Shown piece by piece: positions 13,201-27,273 of a stretch of 64,000 bases of DNA (within the stretch, counting starts at the first letter, position 1; each line of letters opens with the position of its first letter). This stretch comes from Rotaria socialis. Taxonomy: Eukaryota. The notes beneath the pieces are model-generated. The model did not search any database. It saw only the letters and a program-made list of their open reading frames with translations, and was not told the DNA's origin. The DNA lies in the NCBI GenBank assembly GCA_905331295.1, contig CAJNYD010000025.1:1-64000 (forward strand), given 5' to 3'. A program made the position numbers and the translations under genes.

Positions 13201-16200
13201 GATAAAATTGTGCATCAAATAATGCTAAACATTTTAAAGATATTAATCGATCATGTTGATTGAATTTCGATTGAAACGTTTGAGCAAGCTGTTTAGTTAT
13301 TTTACATGTGTTTGTTGTCGGTTGAAAATCGTGCCAGTCAGTAAGAGACGACAACCAAGAGAGACATAATATCGATAGTGTATCTTCACGTAAACGTATA
13401 TCTAGCTCATCTAAACAAATTCAAATTTTATTTATTGTAAGCAATGCCAAAATAAAGCGAATGCAAGTAACTATTGACCTAAGATTTTCGGCATTAAAAA
13501 CGTGAACGGGAACGAATATGGGAATCGATCATACATATTTTCGATAAAGATTTCGACGAGTCTCTGCAGATCGAAGCAACATACCTAATTTTTGAACTTA
13601 CGTCGTCAACATATGAAGAATTCTAGTGAATTTCAATCACTTTTAGGTCAAATCAGCACTGAAGTAGGTGTATTGAACTGCTTGAGTCTTGATCGAATTT
13701 TATACAAGCAAAGGTCAGAAATTGGAAATCACGTTTCTTTCAAGAACACATAAATGGAAAGGAGATGTTGCTGATATTCGACAATCATATTTTATATTAA
13801 AAGTATTTGAACGCAGAAGTTCACATTTTTAAAATCTACGAAAATTTAGTTACCCCAATATGCAGCATTTACTGAAAATTCTCACGAATACAACGGGCTC
13901 TCTGTTCTTCAAATATTCTCTCATAATCATTCATATTATTCTCCTGCATAGAAATACATACCAGAGATATAAATTGATGTTGCAACTATTGTAGCTAAAA
14001 CGTATTCATAAGCAATAGAAAATAATCCAACAGTAACACTATTAACAAGATAAACCAGTGTACTGACGAGATAACCATAAATCGAACTGATTTCATCGAT
14101 AGTTAACCAAGATAAATAAAAATCATTTTCTTCTATGGATCCTAATTTAATCTGACGTACTTGACATCCGATATATGCTTGGCAAACAGACGTTATTAAA
14201 AAATAAACATTAAAAATACGTTGCAAAGCATCCTATTTTAATTCAATAAATTCCTTAGATTATTATAGAACAAAAGGAAAACAAATCAAACCTCTTCATT
14301 ATTGAATGCACTTTTTTCAAGTGCCATTTTCAAATGTTGCCATATAGTTTTTAACAATCGTATTCGTCGTATACTAATTTAAATGATAAAACATAAGATA
14401 GTTTTTAATTATTCAATTTCAGAGCTAAAACATTTTTTTAATATTCAAAGTACGCATTCACGCATCGACGACCGATCTTCGTGAGAGGAAATTACAAATA
14501 ATATCAGCTAGGACATGTATCCGAATTTGTAAGGCTCTTCTTATGGATACTTCAAACTGTTGAAAAACGTGTATTCCTCATAGGGCTACTAAATTTTATT
14601 TTTGAACATACCGAAATGGTACTTGCGAATTTCGACTTTTTTCTTGTATCAACCAAATAATAACTTTTCCTAATGCATGATTCAAATACTAAAAAAAAAA
14701 ACAATAATAATAATTAAATCAAGAAATGAAAAAAATCCAAGGAATGTTTACTTTTGCTAATAGACATTCATCAATATTTGCCAATAAATGTTCAACTATT
14801 TCAAATGCATGTATAACTAATAATGAGCTAGTGCCAATATCTTGTTGTCCACATTCAAATAAAATTGATAACCATATACAAAATTGTTCTAGATAAATTT
14901 CTGTTTGAACTTCACCAAAATATCTTAATGGCCTATTATTCATGTGAAATTCAACATCTGCTTTACTTGCTATACTGACATGAATGAGTAAATCTTTTAA
15001 ACGAGGTATAACAAAGCCAATATGTTCAGCAAAAAACACGATTGCTTCATCGTGATTTTGACATACGGTTTTAAGAAAATGAGAAAAATCATTTTCCAAC
15101 TGAACAGAATGTCTAAAATGGAAAAAAACATAGTTTTTCAGGAGTTTTCAGGCAATGGTGCAGAAGAAAAAAAATGTACACTTTCACAATAAATCATTTT
15201 GGATTGATAGGGAAAAATTTTATCAAAACTTTAAAATTACTGATTCCGTTCCAATTTTTTTATTTACTCATCAAAATGATAGTTTTACATTCTAGGGAAT
15301 AGATTCTCTGAAATTCGAAAGGCTTCCGAGGCACTATTACAAGGTCAACGATCGGAAACATTCGAACTGCAATTTAACTCTAAAGCACGCCTACGACTAT
15401 TAGCTTCTTTCTCGGATAAGGACGAACATGCATTTATATTTCTCAAGACTAGCTATTGTTTCATGCATGTCTAGAAAATAGGGCGACAATAGAAATCTGA
15501 TTCGAAAAAGAAACAAGGAAATTTACTTTGGTTCTGTATGAATAAAATTCATAATTGATAAAAGAATATCTGAGCTTGAAAAATGAACATAGGGTTTTAA
15601 ATCACCAATCAATAATCCCAATGAACGATTTTGGATAAAATTTGAAAAAAATGAAAATGTGGCCTATATGAAAAAAAAATGAAAACATTATTTGTTTAAA
15701 GTGAGAATAGTTGAATTTCATAGACAAACCGATTTCACATGTATATCAGCAGTACGTAACAATTCACATAATGTTCCAATTAAAGTCGAAATTGTTTGCC
15801 GATCAAGTAATGTCGACAATGTACTCGACAAATGTCGAAGTACTGCACTGTTAAATAGAAAGTATTTAGTTAATCAAATTTCTCTCTATGAAATATTATT
15901 TACATAAGATTTATTTGAAAGCTACTAATATCATCGGAACAGTTAAATTCAATAACACATCGTTCTATGGTAACATTTGTTGAAAATGATGAAGCAACTT
16001 GCTCAGGTACAAGAAAACGATGAAGTTGTTTCGGTTGATGAATTTCTTCTTCGATAAATTCAATATCATATTTGATTGTATCTATTTTTTTAATTAAATT
16101 TATTTGAAAAGAAAAAAATCCGATAAACAAACCATTTAGAGTATCGATCAGTTCATTGGTAAATATTCGAAAGAGAACAGGCCAACGTAGTGATAATTCA

Positions 16201-17194
16201 CCATAGAGATTCGCCAGTACAGCAATCGTATTTTCCTGTATTGAAGTGAATTTTTTTGATGATAGTGTCCAAACAAGTAATGAGACTATATAAACGTCGA
16301 AATCTAAATTTAAACATACAACAATATTAACAAACAAAAAGAATTTCGACAAAATTATACAATAAGAATTTGTTATTCGAATATCTTCAAGTGTCTGTTG
16401 TTTATCAGCATCTGTAACGAATACACTCGGTGTATTGATAACAATTTGATTGATTGAATTGAAAAATTTTTCTTGTTGAACATCGGTTACTCGAGTAAGA
16501 CTTCGAAAAAATGATGATAAAAAATGGCACATTGTATTACGGCCAAAGTCCACATTATCAGTCGATGGGACAGAATTAGACGAGCTGAAAGAAAAAAAGT
16601 AAGTAAAATCACGTGCAAAATCAATCATACTACTATTGCCGATGTCAACATGTAACGCAAATCGAGTCCTTCTTGTTATGAGTCATATCGAAAATTCTGC
16701 TATAACCAATTTGGTCTGTTGTCACTCGAGATGTCAATCAAACATTTCTGAAATAAATGCTACAATCAACTATGAACGTCAATCTTAATAGTCTGTAGGG
16801 AAAACGTTTTTTTGTTTTATCAAAATCATTGAAATCAATCGATCGAATATGAATTTAAGATATTTGACTAATTGAAGTCGACTGGTAGCGTCTAGTTTTT
16901 GTTTTCAATAGGATCGTATGTCACAAAGATGTTCCTACATAACCTATTTTGACTAAATATTTTCAAAGATGTAATTAGCATCGAAAACATCTGAGAGAGA
17001 AGTTTGCGCTAAAAACCTGACCAACGTAATCATTCAAAAGTCAGAGTGAATTTTATTCGCGATACATTTCCGGTTCAAATAGCAATGTTTCAATCTATTT
17101 CATTTGCTACGTACATCGTATTTTCCTGCAATAAAGTAATTATATAGTATAGAATGCGCATTGAAGTAGAACTACTTTTAATGTTGATACCCAT
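4284..17194 (-). CDS. ATR: Serine/threonine kinase ATR (PIKK), multi-exon
   Basis: Kinase motifs SLQRPKKI.IRGSDG, GLGDRHCENIL, HVDFNCLF and PEKVPFRLTHN; FATC end QATSNELLCQMFIGWAAYL* (stop 4286-4284); LGEIGAIDPGR and GSYQRAYDYLAKLHLL are ATR-like. The probable first exon 17194-~17115 (MGINIKSS...) splices in frame to the 16584 exon. The start codon is tentative. Confidence 0.93.
13475..13855. mobile_element. Possible degenerate MITE in an ATR intron
   Basis: The left end (ctaagattttcggcattaaaaacgtgaac) imperfectly matches the reverse complement of the right end (gttcacatttttaaaatctacgaaaatttag). The intron is much longer than the typical ~60 nt. Confidence 0.35.
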
Positions 17195-17982
17195 CGAACC
17201 ATCTCGAAAATCTCTCTTTAAATCATCTTCATATCAGTCTTGATTTCCTACCATAGATACTTTTTTTTCTCATCGCGAATTCTATCACGTTTGAAATTCA
17301 TGCAAAATCCCTTTTTAAATGTTTTATGTCAAATGATGTGTGTACAACGCTGAGTTTTTTTTTCATTTCGTGTTTTTAACCGATCGGTTTTATTTCTTCT
17401 CAATTACACGTACTTGTTGTTTGCATTGATTTCCGCTGTTGCCATATTTATCCAACAGGGGGGGAATTGATTTCTAAAGCAAAAAACAAAAGCATCTATG
17501 TTCACCATTTATCTTCTCTGTGGTTTTACGAGTTTTTTTAAAATTGTATCCTGTAAAACAAAGAGATTTCTTTTTTTCCTTGTGAAAAAATGTTTTTTTT
17601 TCTTAAGTACTAATCGAGTTCGAAAATACACATGGAACGAATACATACAGACACACACATCCACAACAAACGAACGAAAAAGAAAAACAATAGAGACAAG
17701 ATACGAAGAACACAAACATCTTTTCTTTGCAACAAACAAAAAAGAGAATAATCATCGAACTTTTATATATGAACAAGTGTTTCTTTTGTTTTTTTTAACT
17801 TGGAAGAGAATGTTCCATGACAATCATATTGATCGTAATCCAAATACATAGTATTCTTTTTTTTTTCTCTCTATTCCAAATTAAATGGACTCAAGAAAAC
17901 AAAAACGTATCAATCTATATTTATATATTTATATCTATCTATATATATATATATATATATGCATAAATAATGTGTGAACGAA

Positions 17983-19386
17983 TCAACTTGTACTGTTCAT
18001 AGGCGTATTTGTGGCTGTTGAATCTGATATTGTTGTTGAAGATGCATTATTGGCACTAGCTTGTTGAATTAATTCAGCTAGTTTAACTTTATCGACTGAT
18101 GTTGAGCCGAGTAATGCTTGTGCCACTTCTGGAATAATATGAATTGTGATCATAGGCATATTTGATGAGGATGAACCATCTGTTGTTAATGTAGGTGTTA
18201 TTCGTGTCAACGGAGCAATAGCGATTAAATCTTGAGCATTTGTAAAATTAATAGTAACACGCTTACTGTTACCACTATTATTGTTTGAATCTAATAATGT
18301 TGTTGTTGAAATTGTTTTTATATCGGATTTTGTAATGTTTAGAGTATGCATAGGTGTTGATGTGGTTGCCATGGGTAAGCGTACTTTTTTCGTGCACGGA
18401 TGACGATGTAATAATATTTCTAATTGGTTTTTTTGATCATTTAATGTTTGAACAGTATGTTCAAGAGATTTTTGTTGTTCCAATAATTGTTCTTCAACCT
18501 ATAATGAATAAATAATCATTTGAAAAATGACATACGAATTATTTTTATTCGAAACAAATCACCTTTTCTAATTCTTCGCGGAGGTCATTTCGTTTTCGTC
18601 GGCATTTAGCAGCAGCTTGTTTGTTTCTATCTCGACGTTGTCTACGTTTTACGTCTTCATCAGGTGGAAGCTATAAGAGAGAAAAGTAAAATTTTCATTT
18701 TTTTCTAAATTTCTTATCGAGAAATAGAAAATTGAATTCTACTAACTGGTTCATCTTTACTTTTTCGTCCATTGGCAAGTGTGGGCGCAATACTTTTTCT
18801 AGGTTTAACCACAATTGGACCATATTGTATTGGTTCAACTGTTTGTTGCCTATGTTTTTTTGATATTGAAATCGATTTATTTGATTTACCTCGCGTTGAT
18901 TTCGTGCGAGGTTTCGAATCATTTTGTGATTGATTATATTCGTCGGTTGACATTGATGTATCATCATCGTCATCTTCATCACCAACTAACATTTCATCAT
19001 GCTTCGTTGGAGTAAGTTTAGCTTGATTTGCCAAAGACATTGCTGTTGGTACACCACGAGGTGTTGTATAATCGGCCAATGCTAATATTGGTAAAGCTGT
19101 GGGACTTGGAACACTAATGACATTCTTTAGAAGACAAAAGAGAAAAATGAATTTTATAATAAAAATATTAGGAATTTGCTTTTTTTTTGTTACGTACTAA
19201 TTGTTTGACAGTTGTTGTTGCTCTCTGTCGTCCAGTAGCCATTGAAACAAGAGTGTTTGCAACTTCAGCAGCTGTATTTTCAGTATGAATATGTGTGATG
19301 GAATTATTTGAAACTAGTACTGTTGGGGAACCCGATAGATCTTGTGTTTGAACACTCTTTTCTGCGGTTTGTTGTTGAGTTGACAT
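17983..19386 (-). CDS. ATF3/JDP2/Fos-like bZIP transcription factor (4 coding exons)
   Basis: The spliced basic region and zipper read LPPDEDVKRRQRRDRNKQAAAKCRRKRNDLREELEK-VEEQLLEQQKSLEHTVQTLNDQKNQLEILLHRHPC. The terminal H-x-x-C-like motif is typical of the Fos/ATF3 group. Confidence 0.85.
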
Positions 19387-19780
19387 TTTAAAAAGAGTCG
19401 GTGTAAATGTTTGTGTCTTCGATCTGAATTACGTAACGAAAGTAAGAAAGAATAAATTAATAAATAAATAAAAACATGATAGTAATTGAAATATGATATT
19501 GATTTTTTTTATTTCTCTTCTGAGAAAGTACCAGATGGTGGAATGAAAGCAAGATTTGCAGATTGAAGACGTACATGGAAAAAAATCTCGTTCAAAGTTA
19601 TGTAGAGGAAGATCAAACAGAAGAAGAAAAAAGAGAGTTTTGCATCGCACGAGGTACTGACATTAGTCAGTCTGCTTACCGCCCGTTGAATCAGCGTCGC
19701 ATCATCAGAACGCAAAGTACTTTAATCAGAAAATCGCTAAATAGAGTTATAGTTGTGCATATAGTCTATACTCCCTTAAC

Positions 19781-19814
<34 letters not shown>
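19781..19814. repeat. (CA)n microsatellite upstream of the bZIP gene
   Basis: Uninterrupted AC dinucleotide run. Confidence 0.9.
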
Positions 19815-19816
<2 letters not shown>

Positions 19817-19936
19817 CCGCATACTCATCAATCGTTTTTGCAATTGCTTCGTCTTTGCGCCCCTGATTGTTCTCTCACTCAGCTGCCGAGGAAGCGCAAA
19901 AAAGGAACGAAGGAGAAAAATACGTTTGGAGGACGA

Positions 19937-20073
19937 TGACGCATGAATTTTTCTATTCGTCTCATTTTTACGTTACACGTTCTTTTCCTAGTTGCTGTAG
20001 ATGATGATTAATGACGCACACGCATCATAAAAAAACACAGGACAAACAAAACTTGATGACAAAATCTGCGTCA
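19937..20073. promoter_or_regulatory. Cluster of CRE/ATF-like sites upstream of the bZIP gene
   Basis: TGACGCA at 19937-19943 and 20012-20018, and TGCGTCA at 20067-20073. Confidence 0.5.
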
Positions 20074-21523
20074 GATCTTATACGTGAATATGTAGGGGCG
20101 TTATTGTCATGTTTGCTCTATGATTCATATTAAATATGAGAAAAAAAATCTTTCTTAAATAATAATCAAACTTGTGCAGTAACGTGAAAAAGACTGTATA
20201 GAAATATCATGAATCAGAAAATAAATGTACTCTATCTACATTCTCAATCGTTTTTATACAAATAATTATATTCTATATTTAAAAATGAGTCAAGAAAAGA
20301 GTTACGTTTTTACTTCTTTTATATTAAAGCTATCAGATAATCGTTCAAAAAAAAAAAGAAGCATACCTATCTTGCACAACACTGAATACAACGTTTCGTC
20401 GTTCCATTGCCGTTAATTTTTTTCCATTTATTAAAATCTGAAACAGATTAAATCCGTCGAAATAAAAATTAAGGTACTGGAGTTAAATTAATTGATAAGA
20501 AACAAGCTTTTGTTTTCAATGTTTTAAGTTCAAGGTCATTTTCTATAAGCATTGAATTTCAATCAGATTAGGGTTACACCTGGTTGTTTTATTCATAGAA
20601 ACTAAAAAGAAAAATAATTTAAGAAACTTTATTATTCAAAATTTAATAATTTTCTCTATTATACTCGACCTGGTTATTTTTTCGGGGACAAAAACAATAT
20701 AGGACATTTTAATTTTAGTACCTTTTTTGTCAATATGATATTATGTATGTCGCAAGTACATTTTAATGATTAAGCGAAAAAACGAAATTATTTATATCGT
20801 CGGATATAAATCATTAATTCAATTCAGTCGATATTATTGACAGTATCATAAAGACAAGTTCAAAATCAGTTTTCTATGAGAATTTGTAGTTATCCTAACA
20901 TGTGTGTGTATTCGAAATAAAACAGTGATCGCTCTCCTAAAATATCATACATTTCATTCGTCATTTGTATATACATATATCGGTAAGTGACATCGTCTAG
21001 ACAATAGGCGTAATGATATGTTTATTTAAGTTTTTAAAATGACCGATTTATAATTAACAACTATTAGATTCGTTCGTGAATTGAATTCAGAAATTCAAAA
21101 TTTTATTACACGTCTCTCAGTTCGATAAAATATTTTACTATTTGTAAAATATTTTTGATATGATGAAATTTCATGTAAAACTTCCTCAATGGTTTCATTC
21201 AAACGATTCAATCTACTAGAAATAACTATATTTTCATTAACTAAACTAAACTAAACTTACCTATATTAATGTTTGTATATACATAAATAATGACATGAAC
21301 ATTCTCAATAATCAAACTTAAAAGAAAATCTAAAATTAGAAACAATGTAACTAGTTAACAATCACTTGATATCACTGTAGCATATATATGTATATCAAAA
21401 AAAGAAAAGAAATGAAAAGAAAAAGATGAACTTTTGCTAACATAACAAACAACATCCACAACATTGGACTATATCGAACAGATGATAAATAGGAGGAAAA
21501 AAAATAATATCTATATACATATG

Positions 21524-23618
21524 TCATTCATCATTGGCTGTCAATGGTGTTGAGATCATCGTCGTTGCTGTCGTATCATTATTATTATTATCATTATTAT
21601 TTCGTAATTCGTATGATTTAACAAGTTGAAATAGTGCTCCTGCTTCTTTTATGTGACGAAAATTAATACAAAAACCTTGAATATCCAAGAAAAGATCTCT
21701 TATGTCAATCACTTTATTACGTATTAACGATTGAATAAAAACGCTAACAAGACGTACGAAACGATTTTGTAAATATTTATCTTTGGTTTCTTCGCAGGTT
21801 TTTATACAAGTTGATATATATAAATGAAGAAATTCTTGTGGTAATTCCATTGACGTTGACAAACGATTAACAACTTCCATAGAATGCAAGCTCATATTCA
21901 TATTGAGTAATGATGATAAATATTCAGTCATTTGATTTGATGCAATTAATTTCAATAAACATTGTATACTTATTAGTGGACTATTTTCAACTAAGATTGG
22001 TAATTTTGATGGTACAAGACCAATATGATAAACAACATTTGGATCGTTGTCAAGTTCATCTAATAATTTTTGTTGCTGCTGTAAATTTAATGCACCTTGA
22101 TAAGCTTTATCCATTAACTGACGAATTTCATAGTTGATTGTATTTGAAATACACAGCGTCGAATCCCAGGTAAATAATGATGGATCGTAATCAATAGGCG
22201 ATAACCAAACTAATTCATCTATAGTACATTCATGTAATGGGGGAACAAGACGAAGAAATTCCGGATGGATGGTTTGTTCCATTGCATTATTTGACAATAA
22301 GCGTTCAATGGTTTGCCGACTATCATTTGAACGATGCCGTGGACCACCGATGAGTGTGTCGAATCCATACTAGAAAATTAGAAAAAGAAGATTGTCTGAA
22401 AATTGTTTCTTATGTATGATGAAGAACTGAGAACTTTTAGATTTTATTTCTTAATGATAACAACGAGCACATATTTATTAAAAAAAGATTTCATTAACAG
22501 AAACAATTTCCTATTGTCTGCTTTTAAAGAAACGTCTGCACGAATATGTTAGATTTTATGTTGAATTTCCCTCTCATATAAGCAGATAGTTTTCTGAAAA
22601 TAGCTTGGCATTATATTATTCTAGTAAACAAAGTTTTACTCTCAAACTCTAATAGCTATGTGTAATGATTGAAGTAGAATAATAATAGTTCATTAAAAGA
22701 TTCACTAGTCAACTTATTTTAGTGATGCTAATCATTGCATAGAGATAATCGAGAAGAAAATAGCTACTAGATTTGAATTACATTTTTGTAGAAATTTAGA
22801 GAATAGCTTGAAACAGACGGTTACAGTACACTTGAATATCATGTAATTATATGGTAGGAATAGAAATTTTTGACACGCATGAAGAATAGTTCATTTTGTG
22901 TGTTCAAGTCTTAAAAAACTAATCTTAAACTAAGAAGACACCTCTATTTTCCTTCCATTTAATAGAACTCCTGTTTATTTATAAGGTATTAATTAAGTAA
23001 ATAAGACGAATAATCTCTTTCGAAAGATTAATAACATACATAATTAACTTCTGGATCATCAATGACAGCCGGTAAATGACATTGAACAAGAACAGGTAAC
23101 TGTTGTAAACGTTCTTGGATTTTTTCTTTCAGCTCATCTTTTCCACTATCATCTTTCGTTGTTGGTAAACCTGTTTGTAAAATTTGATTGGGCGTTTTTT
23201 TTAAAAATTCTTTAGTATTATTATTAGTATTTATTAATGTTTTAACAAACCAACGTTCATGTTGCGTTACAGGTGATATAAACCAATGGAAATGTTTTTG
23301 TGTTGATAAATTTTCTCCATTATTATTTTGTAGTATCGATATAAATACCGGTGCAAATGGATTCATATGTATTGATTGTAACTCGCTTTTATACATATCA
23401 TTAAATAGGAAAAGTATTATGAGACGTTGCTGTGGTGTTGGAATAAGATCACGATTTTGTAATAGAAGAACAAGAGCATTGCCTACACGCAAATAATCAG
23501 ACTTAGATATATTATGTTGAAATTGAGCTGAGATTTGTTCAAATGTTAATGATGAACCGCATGTATCTTCGTTAAGAAAATTTAAAATGAGATTAATATC
23601 TTTCGATGATAAAGACAT
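21524..23618 (-). CDS. CNOT11: CCR4-NOT subunit 11 (2 exons: 23618-23040 and 22369-21524)
   Basis: Conserved motifs NPFAPVF, PEFLRLVPP, LVENSPLISI, MSLHSMEVVNRL, YLQNRFVRLVSVFIQSLIRNK and FCINFRHIKEAGALFQL. Confidence 0.93.
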
Positions 23619-23999
23619 GTTAAGGAATTCTACTTTTTTTATTATTATCGATTAAACTGTACAAACAAAAAAAAGTTATACATCACATAGAATGGAGAAC
23701 GTTATGTACCAATACAAAATCTTGAAGATGTCGTTCAATCGATAATAAATTTTTGTTTTCTTCGAATATTTTTTTGTTGAAATTGTTTTAATAAGAATTA
23801 TAATTTTATTTGAAATTATATTTAATTGTAACAAATTCTATTGGTACCTCTCAAGAAATCAACCACGAAAATGGTAGATATCAGATGATACATTGTACGA
23901 GTGCATTTTTTTTATCGATAATTGTAATTTCTCAGTTGTCATATCAACTAAATAATAATATATTCGAATATTTTTGCTTTGTTTCATATTAGTATTAAT

Positions 24000-26900
24000 A
24001 TGGCAGATGATGAGCAATTTGATATAGATGTAGATAGTGAAATGGAAGATGACGACGACAACGAAGGATCGGACGACGACACAGGCTTTTTTCCAATTGA
24101 TGAACCCATTGTACATTCATCACAATCGAATACAACAACAGCAGCATCATCAATACAGGCAACAAAACAAGGAAGAGGAACATCGGAACAATCAGTAAAT
24201 AAATATTCGAGTGGAACCAGTGCATCGACTGTACATCCACAAGATAATAATTTTGAATATGTTGGTAAGTGTGAATCTTTAACAAATTTTAATTGTAGAG
24301 ATTTTCTAAAGGAAAATTCTTCTATAGATTTGAAATCTTCTTGTTTTTGCCTGAAAAAAAACAGAGTACAAACATTGATTGCTGAACTTTCTTTCATTCT
24401 TTCATTCTTCAATCTACTATCTTTATTTAGTATTATCACAAGATGATATAGTCAAATATATGGTAGAATGTATTAAAGAAGTCAATGAAGTTATTAAATT
24501 ACCATCAACAACCGTACGTTTATTACTGCATCATTTTCGTTGGGATAAAGAAAAACTAATGGAACGTTTCTATGATCCTAATCATCAAGATGAATTATTT
24601 CGACAAGCACATATTGTTAATCCATTTAAGAAACCTCCTCATTTTCATACACAATTATCGAGTTCATCACATCGTACGACACGTCGTCAATTATCAACGA
24701 CGTCACCTTCGCCTTCACCATCAGTAACAATTACAACGAATCCATTGAAACCTGTAACTGAACAAACATGTGCTATATGTTGTTCAACTAAACCAATCAA
24801 TGAAATGGCTGGTCTCGAGTGTGGTCATAATTTTTGTATTATCTGTTGGCAATATTATCTAACAACGAAAATTATGCATGAAGGCATTGGACAGACAATC
24901 CCTTGTCCAGCTAAATGTGACATTCTAGTCGATGATAAAACTGTATTACGTCTTATTGAAAATTCCAATGTTCGTCAAAAGTATCAACATTTAATAACGA
25001 ATTCATTTGTCGAATGCAATCGAAATATGCGATGGTGTCCCGGTGCGAATTGTACCAATGCTATAAAAGCATCTTATTGTGACGTGGCAATGGTAAATCG
25101 ATTATGATTTATTATTTTCTTATCTTTCTATATATTGTTTTAAAAAAAAAACAGGTTACTTGTACGACATGTAAAACATCATTTTGTTTTCAATGTGGAC
25201 AATCTTGGCATGAACCAATCAAATGTAAATGGCTTAAAAAATGGCAAAAAAAGTGTCACGATGATAGTGAAACCAGTAACTGGATTGCTGCCAATACGAA
25301 AGAATGTCCCAAGTGTCATGCTACTATTGGTAAGATCAAAGTTCAATATTTAATGCGGTGCGAAGCACAGCATTCATGTAGTCCGTCGCGAGTTTTTTTT
25401 TCTTTCTTTCAAACTTGAGTACGCATAAAAAGTTCTTATTAAGTGACGCAATGGTCTAGAGAAGCGTAAATGATAGAAAATCCATTCAAACTAGATATGA
25501 AACTATGGAGGTCGAACTTGTTACATCTTTTTTCCGATTTACAATACTAAATTTCGTTCGCCCAAAAATATGATTCGAAAATGAAGGTTTTGAAAGGCTT
25601 TATTGTTTGATAGTTTCGCGCTAATTAAAATGACGTCATGAATAGTGTTAACCAATAGTCTATTGCTTTACATCTGATTCAAGATAATGATTCATGGAAA
25701 TAAATAATCGTTCAATGAAAAAACTCGTTAGAAAGCTGGTTGTTACATTTTCAGAAAGATCTCCTAGTGATGAAATTTAAAATGGTCCATTTAAGAATAG
25801 TGAATGCGAAATTTTTATTCAAAATTCGTATACGGAAATTTAAAAAAATAATCGATTCGAATGAATCTTAAAGTGGATCATATATTTTTTAAATCTTTTT
25901 CTCGCTACTTTCGAAAATTCGGCTCGTGTGCTTCGCACCGCATTTCGTAGTCGAGTGAAACTCGAATACCATCTAGTTTGTAAATAAATCGAACTTATAG
26001 TATCGCTACAGAATATTATAAGTAATAGAACATGAGATTAACTGAGAAATAATTGTTAAGAAAGTACTCTGTAATGATAATCTTATCAGTTATCTATCTT
26101 GCATAAGAGATTTCGAATGAATTCCTATTCGTTATCAATGATGTCTTGATAAGAGTAAAGTAATCAGAGATAATTTACAATAAAAACTATCGAATTACCA
26201 ATATATTCTTTTGCATATTGATCCGTTGAGTCTTGTTTAGTTTTAATTGACAATAGTCAAAATTGAAGAAGTTCTAGACTTTTATTAATATTTTTTTATA
26301 GTATAAAACTATCGTTGATACAAAATGCTATAGAATTAACTCGAAATACATGTAAGATACACTTCAATTATAGTATTGGTTTTCTCTCTTTTGAAGTTTG
26401 AACTATAATTACAACTGAGTATCTTGGTCGTAATCATAGGTAGCTAGTAGTTGCTCATAACTTATCGTTGGCTGAACTTATAACAAATTCTTTTCATTAT
26501 CAAAGTTGAATCGAATTAATCTTTTATTCTAGAAAAAAATGGCGGTTGTAATCACTTAATTTGTAAAAATCAATCTTGCAAATATGAATTTTGTTGGGTA
26601 TGTTTGAGTGCTTGGGAACCGCATGGTTCATCGTGGTATAATTGTAATCGTTTTAATGAAGATGATGCTAAAAAAGCTCGTGACGAACAAGAACGTTCAA
26701 GAGCAGCACTCCAACGCTACTTACATTATTATAAACGTTATCATAATCATCATGAATCATTACGATTAGAAAATAAACTATTGGATCAAGTACAAAAACA
26801 CATGGAATCAATGCAACAACAAATGAGTTGGATTGAAGTACAATTTCTTCAAATAGCATGCGATGTTCTTCGACAATGTCGTCAAACATTGATGTATACG

Positions 26901-27273
26901 TATCCATTTGCATTTTATCTCAAACGAAACAACCATTCGTATGTTCAACAATAAATTTGTTCGTCAAACATGAAGAAAATTTTTTTTTGTTTCGTTACAG
27001 TATTATATTCGAACAGAATCAGGCTGATTTAGAACATGCTACAGAAGAATTAAGCGGATATTTAGAACGAGATTTTTCTCAGACAAATGCAAGTCTAACA
27101 GAATTAAAACAAAAAGTACAAGATAAATATCGTTATTGCAGTACACGTCGTAAAGTACTGTTGGATCATGTTACTGAAGGATACGAATGTGAATATTGGT
27201 TAGTATTGATTTTTTTGTTTCAAAATAAAATTTCTCTTCGACTGTTTTCAGGGAATACAACGGCAATGTGTAA
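24000..27273 (+). CDS. ARIH1: Ariadne-family RBR E3 ubiquitin ligase
   Basis: Acidic N-terminus; [23 protein letters not shown]1; IBR (WCPGANC); RING2 [34 protein letters not shown]; Ariadne domain; last exon ends WEYNGNV* at 27273. Confidence 0.95.
25349..25977 (+). mobile_element. Non-autonomous Helitron/Helentron-like element (HINE) in an ARIH1 intron
   Basis: 17-bp perfect subterminal inverted repeat aatgcggtgcgaagcac (25352-25368 and 25928-25944), a 3' hairpin tcgagt-gaa-actcga (25951-25965), then CTAG-T (25973-25977). Confidence 0.7.

Noticed and set aside
17498..17851. ORFs between ATR and the bZIP gene
   Set aside because: Low-complexity A/T-run sequence, probably the bZIP 3' UTR and ATR promoter.
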